IMG/VR virus record: IMGVR_UViG_3300002054_000021
Coordinates: 13,864 to 77,863 of that record
Reading direction: 5' to 3' (one strand)
Source: a virus
Lineage: Duplodnaviria; Heunggongvirae; Uroviricota; Caudoviricetes
DNA: 64,000 nucleotides
Part shown: positions 57,075-64,000 of the stretch, piece by piece
How positions within the stretch are numbered: the stretch's first letter is position 1
How the letters are laid out: each line of letters opens with the position of its first letter
Program-made: the position numbers and the translations under genes
The notes under the pieces: model-generated
What the model saw: only the letters and a program-made list of their open reading frames with translations
Databases searched by the model: none
Told to the model about the DNA's origin: nothing

Positions 57075-57126
57075 CAGGATAGGCTTAGCGGCTGAAAGTA
57101 TAGAACCTTACTATATTTCCTGTTAT
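57071..57126 (+). promoter_or_regulatory. structured three-way-junction leader upstream of GIY-YIG gene
   Basis: ATAACAGGA/TCCTGTTAT 9-bp stem enclosing GGC-TTAGCG-GCT, GAAA, GTATAG/CTATAT. Confidence 0.55.
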
Positions 57127-57161
57127 AATACAAAATAAGGATTATACTTAAGGGGTATATA

Positions 57162-58058
57162 ATGAATAAAGATATAGATAGCTTTAATTGCGGAATATAT
57201 AAAATAATAAATAAATTAAACAATAAGTTCTATTTAGGTAGCTCTAGGGATATAAATTCAAGAATAAAGCAGCATAAATATAAATTGAAAAATAAAAAAC
57301 ATCATTCTAAAGCTCTTCAAAATGCTTGGAATAAATATGATGAAGGTAATTTTTATTTTAAACTTGTAGAAAGTTGTGAAGAAGGTAATCTCTTGGTTCT
57401 TGAGCGGTATTATTTAGATAATTATTATGGTGATTATAACTGCTCAAGGATAGCTTCAGGTGGAAATTCTCCATTAAGCAAAGAAGATGTTGAAAACATC
57501 ATAGATTTATTCTTAACTGGAAGGTATAATTGTACATCTTTAGGGGAATTTCTGAGTATAAGTAATCGCGTTGTGTACGATATATGTAGAGGTAGGACTT
57601 ATAATTTTTATAATATAAGTGAATCTAAATTAGAAAAATGTAAACACCTACTTCAGTTGTCAAAGCGAGGAAAGTCAAACCCTTTATCACCCTATGAAGT
57701 TTCGTCGATATTGTGGATTTTAGATAATTTAGATGTGACTTATAAATCTATAGCTAATTATTTTGATATTTCTAGAGGCATGGTCTCTCACATAAGAAAA
57801 GGTAGAGTGTATAAGGGCGTAACTGACAGAGTCGAAAGACACGATTTAGTTGATATCTTAGGGGAGACAAGACCCAGAAGGGCGATTGAAATTTCTAGAT
57901 GGTCTATTTGTGGTGATTATATAGATGATTGGCCTTCTGTAAATAGCGCATGTGTGGAGGTCTTGGGCGACAAAAATTTTAAAAAGCAAGTTAGAATGTG
58001 TTGTGATGGACTGCTTAGTGATTTTGGTGGTTTTGTGTGGAAATATAATAAGGTTTAA
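57162..58058 (+). CDS. GIY-YIG homing endonuclease with HTH and NUMOD1-like domains
   Basis: CGIYKIINKLNNKFYLGSS...R...H; C-terminal W.SV..A..E.......V..CC.G......FVWKY. Confidence 0.85.
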   Translation: MNKDIDSFNCGIYKIINKLNNKFYLGSSRDINSRIKQHKYKLKNKKHHSKALQNAWNKYDEGNFYFKLVESCEEGNLLVLERYYLDNYYGDYNCSRIASGGNSPLSKEDVENIIDLFLTGRYNCTSLGEFLSISNRVVYDICRGRTYNFYNISESKLEKCKHLLQLSKRGKSNPLSPYEVSSILWILDNLDVTYKSIANYFDISRGMVSHIRKGRVYKGVTDRVERHDLVDILGETRPRRAIEISRWSICGDYIDDWPSVNSACVEVLGDKNFKKQVRMCCDGLLSDFGGFVWKYNKV

Positions 58059-58063
58059 TAATT

Positions 58064-58861
58064 ATGAAGACGTCATTAGAGGGTATAGAGTTAATTAAGG
58101 CTCACGAAATGCTTATGCTTGAGGCTTACTTAGATCCAGTTGGAATACCGACAATAGGATGGGGTCATACAGGCACAGTTGATCATGATGATGTAATTAA
58201 TAGAAGGACTATAACTGAAACAGAAGCTTTATCACTTATCAGGTCAGATTTAAAAGATACAGAGAAAGGTGTTTTAAGAAATGTAAGAGTTCCTTTAAAT
58301 CAAAATCAGTTTAATGCTTTAATTAGTTTTGTTTTTAATACTGGAGAAACTAATTTTTCAAAATCAACACTTTTGAAGAAATTGAATAGAGGACAGTATG
58401 ATGAAGTTCCGTTTGAGTTATCTAGGTGGGTATTTGGAACTGACCAAGATACTGGGGAAAAGGTAAGGTTAAATGGACTTGTCAGAAGAAGGGCTGATGA
58501 AGGTAAAGTTTTCATAACTCCAGTAAACTCAACTCCTGTGCCAAGTCAAGGTGCAAATCAGACCACCATGCCTAATATATCAACATCTCCTAGCCCTACT
58601 CCAGTTAGGATAGAAAGATCAAGAGTTAGAGATTCCAGAACAATGAAAGCTGGTACGGTAGGCGCTGTAGCAGGTGTAAGTGCTGGGGCTGGGAAAATGA
58701 CTAATTCTTTAAGCACCTTTACGGAGGAAATGTCAGTTAAAGTTCCTTGGTTTGATGACGCTATAGCTATTTTAATAATAGGTGGCGTTACCGTTGCTGT
58801 TATATCTGTTGCTGTGATGATGTTTTGTAGGTGGAGTGATATAAAATCAGCTCTTAATTAA
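58064..58861 (+). CDS. endolysin (GH24 lysozyme) with C-terminal hydrophobic helices
   Basis: IKAHE...AYLDPVGIPTIGWGHT, NQNQFNALISFVFNTG, GLVRRRADE. Confidence 0.9.
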   Translation: MKTSLEGIELIKAHEMLMLEAYLDPVGIPTIGWGHTGTVDHDDVINRRTITETEALSLIRSDLKDTEKGVLRNVRVPLNQNQFNALISFVFNTGETNFSKSTLLKKLNRGQYDEVPFELSRWVFGTDQDTGEKVRLNGLVRRRADEGKVFITPVNSTPVPSQGANQTTMPNISTSPSPTPVRIERSRVRDSRTMKAGTVGAVAGVSAGAGKMTNSLSTFTEEMSVKVPWFDDAIAILIIGGVTVAVISVAVMMFCRWSDIKSALN

Positions 58862-58863
58862 TT

Positions 58864-59289
58864 ATGGATTTATTTAATATTAAAGGACTTGTTGTAGTCG
58901 CTATTCTTTCTGGTTTAGGGGGTACTTTCGGCGGTGGATTTATAGTTCACAAGTTCTGGCTTGGAGCTGCAGCTCAAAGTAAGGTTAAATCTCTTGAGCA
59001 AGACTTAGAGAGCACTAAGAGATCTGCTGAACTTTCTAAACAGGGTAGAGATCAAGCTGAGCATATAAATGAGATATTGCGAAAATCATTTGAAACTTCA
59101 CAAACTGCAGTTTCATCGCTTTCAGAACAAAATGTTAATTTGGCATTATCTAGAGCGCCAAGAATAGAAAAACACTTTAGGGAGGTTGAAAAGAGAATTG
59201 AAGACATTAAAGACCTTGATGCTTGTGCCGCTGCTCCTATTGACGAGCGCTTGCTCAACATTGTTTGGCCAGACTCAGCAAAGAGTTAG
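58864..59289 (+). CDS. inner-membrane spanin (Rz-like)
   Basis: N-terminal TM plus coiled coil, C-terminal CAAAP, after endolysin. Confidence 0.72.
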   Translation: MDLFNIKGLVVVAILSGLGGTFGGGFIVHKFWLGAAAQSKVKSLEQDLESTKRSAELSKQGRDQAEHINEILRKSFETSQTAVSSLSEQNVNLALSRAPRIEKHFREVEKRIEDIKDLDACAAAPIDERLLNIVWPDSAKS

Positions 59290-59578
59290 GCCTCCAGAGT
59301 GCGTTTGGCCAGAAAACGTAGAAATTTCTGATAAAACAGATGGCACATATCAGTTGGCACCTAAAATGGAGAGGCCTTTCGGGGTTATAAATCACAAAAC
59401 AATAATAGCAGCTATAGACGCCGCCAATAAAGAAACTGATTTGTATAATAGCGTTGCTATAAAAAATTATAAAAAAATTCATCAAGAAGATGAAAAAATA
59501 ATAGAAGATTACAACAAAAATAAAAATAAATTAAAATTAAATTGCTCTGATTTAATAGATCAGTGGTTAAAAGAATAA
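59219..59578 (+). CDS. outer-membrane spanin lipoprotein (Rz1-like)
   Basis: Lipobox LLLLTSAC; overlaps the 3' end of the Rz-like gene in another frame. Confidence 0.7.
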   Translation: MLVPLLLLTSACSTLFGQTQQRVRPPECVWPENVEISDKTDGTYQLAPKMERPFGVINHKTIIAAIDAANKETDLYNSVAIKNYKKIHQEDEKIIEDYNKNKNKLKLNCSDLIDQWLKE

Positions 59579-59597
59579 ATAATTCGGAGATAGTAAA

Positions 59598-62500
59598 TTG
59601 GGATTTATAAAAAATACGACAAGCTCTTTGAGTGGGTCTTGCGGTGATTCGTGCAGTGGTCTAAACGATTGCTCGATTCAAGATTTGGGAAATGTTGACA
59701 CAGCTGGACTATCTGATGGTGACATTCTTTGTTATCATGCTGCAAGTGGTACATTTATTAATGTTGCAAAAAGTGATATTTTTGATCAATTTGATATTGA
59801 TATTAATGGTGGTACATATTCTGGTTATTCTATAACCCTTACAGATTCAAACTCTCCAGATATAGTTATTGATTTATCAGGTGTTCCCACTGAACTTTGC
59901 ACTGATGCTGAGTTTATCGACTGTATAGCGGTGGCGCTTGCTGGCAGGGTAGCAGTCAGAACAGATGATTCAATTCAGGGCGACGGAACAGATGTATCTC
60001 CTCTGGTAATGACTCCTATAACAGTCACTGCTGGATCTACTGCATCTGCTAGCGATAATGCAAATGGTCAGTCTACAATAGCAGGTGGAGACAGTATTCA
60101 CTTCTGGTCAAGCGATGACACTGTTAATATAAATGTAACTAGTGGTTCTGCTATTGTCGATATAACTTCAGAGCAAGTTGACCTAACGCCTATTAATAAC
60201 AGGTTGACAGCACTTGAAAATGCAACAGATGCTGTTATCACGGGCGGCACTTACAATCCAGCCACAATGTCCTTTGATTTTACGTCATCCATAGGCGGCG
60301 GTTTTTCCGTTGCTGCGGGTGATTTGCTTGATAGTACGGATTTAAGCATTGTTCCCGACACTTACACCTATACGGGCGCTGATGAAACAGTTGATATTCC
60401 AGTTCAAGACGCTTCTGGCGCTCAGGTTGGGGTTGTTACAATTGACCTAACAGCCTCTGCTACAAATGCAGAAGTTGATGCACTTAATGCCGCGCTAACA
60501 GCAGCAATAAATGCCTTGCCTGACGAAGAGCATCTACAAAACATAATTGTTGACGCTCAAGGCAACGCAACATTTGTTGATAATAATGGTAATACTATTG
60601 GCGCAGCGCCAGACAACAACATTGTTGCAGGAACATATGTGCTTACCGATGGAATTATAAACATCCCACTTGAGGATGGTTCAAGCGTTATGTTTGACGG
60701 TTCAAACTTCATCACAAACACTGACCTTACAGCGGCAATTAACGCCCTTCCTACAGAAGAGCACTTGCAGAATATAGTCATTGATGGTGACGGCAATGCC
60801 ACATTCATAAATAACCTTGGAAATACTGTTGGAACAACGACAGATAATAATCTGGTTGCAGGAACATATGTGCTGACTGATGGCGTTATTAATGTGCCAT
60901 TAGAGGCAGGCGGAAATGTAAGCTTTGATGGTTCTGTTTTTGCAACAGATGCCAATCTTACAACGGCAGTTGCAGGTATTAACGCTACTATTGCAGCACT
61001 TGATGCAGAAGACTTTTTAGCAAGTCACGCTCTCACAGGAACAACGCTTAACTCCACGCTTGACAGCGGTGCGATTGTATCTGTTGACCTAGCGGCTCTT
61101 GATGAGAACATTGTTGATAATGGCGACGGAACTTTTACGGGAGAAGACGCGGCAGGAAATCCTATTACTTGGACAACTGATACAGATGACCAAGCTTTCA
61201 CATCTTCTGATGGGTCTCTATTACTAACACCTACAACACAGCCTAATGGGCAAGTTGATTATGACGTTAGAGTAGCTCGTTGCTTACCTAATTACATGAT
61301 TGACGAAAACAATCCCCTGCCATTTGACAAAGTGACGACTATTTCCCCCTTGAACGGTCACTGTCCATGCACGGGCGCTGTTTTCGCTTTAGTTGCGGGT
61401 TCAGAGGTTAATATTGCCTCAGTAACAATTAACGGCGACGGCACTCATGATGTTCGACCTTCAAATGCAGCATGTGAGCTAGGTAATTGGGAATATCAGT
61501 ATACAGAGACCTGCCCTGATGGACAGGTTTCAACTGCTACTGTTTCTGGTTTGGTGGATAATGAGCGTGTTGAGATTGCTCGCTTCCATACGAACAGTAT
61601 GACAGGGGACGAAACAAATTTATCACTCCTTCTTTCTGAGGGTGGGACTTATGATATTGAATGGGGCGATGGAATCATTAGTAATGGCGTAATTTCATCT
61701 GGCGCATTTGGAACGATTACTCATAACTATGTGTCTGACTTTAACGGTTTTGTTATTATCAGAGCTTCCGCTTGTAACACGATTACAGACTTCCGCTCTG
61801 ACAGAGGCAATTGGGACTTTAGTCTTGCTGACTTGCCCAGAACTCTAATCGTATATCAAAACTTTGGTGCAAATACGACTTCTGGCAGCATTGCAAACTT
61901 GCCGCCTAATTTGACTAACTACTCTAATTCAGGACAGAATATAACCTCTGGCGATATTGCAGACCTTCCTAGTACTTTAGAGATTTACAGAAATTTCGGT
62001 CAAAATACCACCGTTGGCAACATTGCAGACCTTCCTACAGGATTGCTTTTCTTTCTTAATGGCGGTCAAAATACAACAACAGGCAATATTATGAACCTGC
62101 CAACAGGTTTAACAAGCTATTCAAATGGCGGCCAGAATACGACATCTGGAAACATTGCAGACTTACCTATAACTTTAACAAATTACTCAAATGCAGGATT
62201 TAATACGACAACAGGAGATATTGCAGACCTTCCCGTTATCCTAACCAATTACTCTAATGGCGGTAGCAATACTACATTTGGAGACTTGAATGATTTACCT
62301 GCTAACCTAACAGGATATAGAAACTTAGGAAACAACACGACAACAGGTGATATTGCTAATATACCTGCTAGCGTTACGAGCTATATTAATCTTGGTCTAA
62401 ATACTACATTTGGCGATATTTCTTCACTTCAAGCTGTATTAACCTTCTATGAGAATGGCGGTGCAAATACAGTTACAGCTAACTCAACAGCTTGGAACGC

Positions 62501-62702
62501 ATCTAACACCTTTAACACCTTTATTCATGGCGGAGTACCTTGGCCAACAGCACAAGTTGACAATGCACTAGCTGCTTTGACAAGTGTAACTACTTGGAAT
62601 GGCGCGAGAACTGTAGACATTGAAGGCGTGGCAAGCGCGGCAGGTGTTGCATCATGCGCGGCAATTCTCGCTAATGGCGCGGCTATCTGCGTAACAACTT
62701 AA
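59598..62702 (+). CDS. multidomain fibre/adhesin with Ig-like domains and C-terminal 22-aa LRR-like solenoid
   Basis: TTG start after GGAG; internal ~70-aa duplication; PKD-like YDIEWGDG...THNY; nine NTTxGxIxxLPxxLTxYxNxGx repeats. Confidence 0.8.
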   Translation: MGFIKNTTSSLSGSCGDSCSGLNDCSIQDLGNVDTAGLSDGDILCYHAASGTFINVAKSDIFDQFDIDINGGTYSGYSITLTDSNSPDIVIDLSGVPTELCTDAEFIDCIAVALAGRVAVRTDDSIQGDGTDVSPLVMTPITVTAGSTASASDNANGQSTIAGGDSIHFWSSDDTVNINVTSGSAIVDITSEQVDLTPINNRLTALENATDAVITGGTYNPATMSFDFTSSIGGGFSVAAGDLLDSTDLSIVPDTYTYTGADETVDIPVQDASGAQVGVVTIDLTASATNAEVDALNAALTAAINALPDEEHLQNIIVDAQGNATFVDNNGNTIGAAPDNNIVAGTYVLTDGIINIPLEDGSSVMFDGSNFITNTDLTAAINALPTEEHLQNIVIDGDGNATFINNLGNTVGTTTDNNLVAGTYVLTDGVINVPLEAGGNVSFDGSVFATDANLTTAVAGINATIAALDAEDFLASHALTGTTLNSTLDSGAIVSVDLAALDENIVDNGDGTFTGEDAAGNPITWTTDTDDQAFTSSDGSLLLTPTTQPNGQVDYDVRVARCLPNYMIDENNPLPFDKVTTISPLNGHCPCTGAVFALVAGSEVNIASVTINGDGTHDVRPSNAACELGNWEYQYTETCPDGQVSTATVSGLVDNERVEIARFHTNSMTGDETNLSLLLSEGGTYDIEWGDGIISNGVISSGAFGTITHNYVSDFNGFVIIRASACNTITDFRSDRGNWDFSLADLPRTLIVYQNFGANTTSGSIANLPPNLTNYSNSGQNITSGDIADLPSTLEIYRNFGQNTTVGNIADLPTGLLFFLNGGQNTTTGNIMNLPTGLTSYSNGGQNTTSGNIADLPITLTNYSNAGFNTTTGDIADLPVILTNYSNGGSNTTFGDLNDLPANLTGYRNLGNNTTTGDIANIPASVTSYINLGLNTTFGDISSLQAVLTFYENGGANTVTANSTAWNASNTFNTFIHGGVPWPTAQVDNALAALTSVTTWNGARTVDIEGVASAAGVASCAAILANGAAICVTT

Positions 62703-62715
62703 TAAGGATTATAAA

Positions 62716-63303
62716 ATGAAATATTATAGATATGAAACTAATGTTCACGGCGTTGATGCTGTGGCCATCTTTTCTAGCGTTTCTGAAAACGTGTCAACTT
62801 CTGATGAAATTGAAAAGTTTGACAGCATAGACGAAGCTCTAAAAGGTGTCATCACGCAGGTTTACCTTAAGGGTGAGCTTCTAAGTGTTGATGATATCCT
62901 AAACAGCGATATTGCTATCAAATATTATCGCGATGATGCTATTGCATATATTAATTCAAAAATTTCTGAAATTCGTGAGCAGTATTCGCGACCAGATGCA
63001 AGCCAAGCGCAAGCTTACCTTGAGGCCGAGCAATCAGCGAAGCGTATTGTTTCAGGTGATGCTGATGATGCTGATATCGAATTTATTACGGCGCGTGATG
63101 TAAAGACAGGAACAATTGACCCCAAGACAAAGAAGCCTGTCAGGGACGTTAAACGCGCGGCTGAGCTAATCGTTTCTACGGCTGATTTATGGCGCGGGGT
63201 ATTGAGAAGAACGGATATTGCTAGGAGAGAGGCAATTGCTAAATTTGATGATATGGCGTCTGAAAAAGGTTATATTTCAAGCTTAGATTTATTGTTTAAA
63301 TAA
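62716..63303 (+). CDS. tail-fibre assembly chaperone-like protein
   Basis: Follows fibre gene; helical IREQY..P..SQAQAY.EAEQSA...A.LIV..AD.W pattern. Confidence 0.55.
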   Translation: MKYYRYETNVHGVDAVAIFSSVSENVSTSDEIEKFDSIDEALKGVITQVYLKGELLSVDDILNSDIAIKYYRDDAIAYINSKISEIREQYSRPDASQAQAYLEAEQSAKRIVSGDADDADIEFITARDVKTGTIDPKTKKPVRDVKRAAELIVSTADLWRGVLRRTDIARREAIAKFDDMASEKGYISSLDLLFK

Positions 63304-63803
63304 TGATTTTTGCAAGTGCAATATTTTGCTCCATAGCCGATATGCTGTGGGGCGGTCAGTTTCAAAAATGGCTAGGTGGTCACGATAGACTGCCTGCCAT
63401 TGCTTTGATATTCGCCGCGCTATTTATAACACTTGGAAATCCAATCTTGGCGCTTGTCGGAATGACAGGATATATTGCCGTCCGCATATCAGGATGGAGG
63501 TTCTTTTATAACCGTGAATTGTTCCTGACAATGGAGCGGCCAATGCATATCGCTTATGCTTTTATTCATGGTCTTTTATTTTTGACGATACCCGTAATTA
63601 CTTGGCTAGCTTATGAGTCACCTCTTAAGGAGGGATTGATTTACTGGTTATTCGTTTCAGGCTTCTTAGCATTTATCTCATTCATAGTTGTAAATGCTGT
63701 TCGCAAGATTGACCCGTCAAGAGACTTTATCCCGATTAAAGAGGCGATTTGGGGCTTTATATTTGGCGCAGTTTCATATGCGTATTTTGCGCCGCTCGCT
63801 TAG
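63303..63803 (+). CDS. multi-pass membrane protein
   Basis: About five hydrophobic spans. Confidence 0.65.
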   Translation: MIFASAIFCSIADMLWGGQFQKWLGGHDRLPAIALIFAALFITLGNPILALVGMTGYIAVRISGWRFFYNRELFLTMERPMHIAYAFIHGLLFLTIPVITWLAYESPLKEGLIYWLFVSGFLAFISFIVVNAVRKIDPSRDFIPIKEAIWGFIFGAVSYAYFAPLA

Positions 63804-63913
63804 CATAATTCTGTGCACTCTGGTTTTATCAGGGTGCGCATCCACACTTTTAAAGAAAACCCTTCCCGATAGGCCGCCTGCGCCTTGCGAGGAACATATG
63901 GAGGACTGTTGAA

Positions 63914-64000
63914 ATGAATCCCATTATTTTAGTATTATTGGCCGTTGCTGCTATTGGTATCGGTGTTTATCTCACAACAGCAAATGCGCGTAAGCGTGAA
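63914..64000 (+). CDS. partial membrane protein (runs off window end)
   Basis: SD GGAGG; MNPIILVLLAVAAIGIGVYLTTANARKRE. Confidence 0.55.
   Translation, partial: MNPIILVLLAVAAIGIGVYLTTANARKRE

Noticed and set aside
57071-57126. Hammerhead ribozyme
   Set aside because: The CUGANGA core is absent
61872-62465. Diversity-generating retroelement target or CRISPR array
   Set aside because: The repeats are in-frame diverged coding repeats; no reverse transcriptase, no TR/VR pair with A-specific differences, and no repeat-spacer pattern in the window
3334-63912. Numerous short ORFs in the track that overlap or lie antisense to long genes (e.g. 3558..3800, 5837..6157, 37735..38268, 53509..54042, 60557..60955)
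   Set aside because: They shadow well-supported genes and lack SD sequences or recognisable motifs

Overview
A 64-kb AT-rich segment of a large tailed (Caudoviricetes) phage genome. The host is probably an alphaproteobacterium, judged from the IleRS type, the GTA-like TerL, the lysin architecture and the promoter style. Positions 1-23.3 kb (minus strand) carry an HNH gene, tRNA-Lys(UUU), an anticodon-less tRNA-like cloverleaf, a frameshift-split IleRS, a PcfJ-like protein, DNA ligase, ClpS, two nucleotidyltransferases (RlaP-like and CCA-adding), a ClpB-like ATPase, a dATP/dGTP diphosphohydrolase, a clamp loader, NDT-like and macro-domain proteins, a Prs-like + Nampt-like pair (NARP1-type NAD+ rebuilding), ThyX and an HD hydrolase. 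Positions 23.4-33.7 kb (mostly plus strand) carry GIY-YIG, DnaB, a replication initiator, NrdB/NrdA, MazG and a BCS1-like ATPase. Positions 34.1-64 kb (plus strand) carry TerL, portal, head morphogenesis, scaffold and an unusually Cys-rich major capsid protein. These are followed by about 20 kb of Cys-rich modular fibre/adhesin genes (a 2701-aa S74-capped fibre and a 1034-aa LRR fibre), a sulfotransferase, homing endonucleases and an endolysin/spanin cassette. All calls are from motif recognition by eye; no database searches were run.
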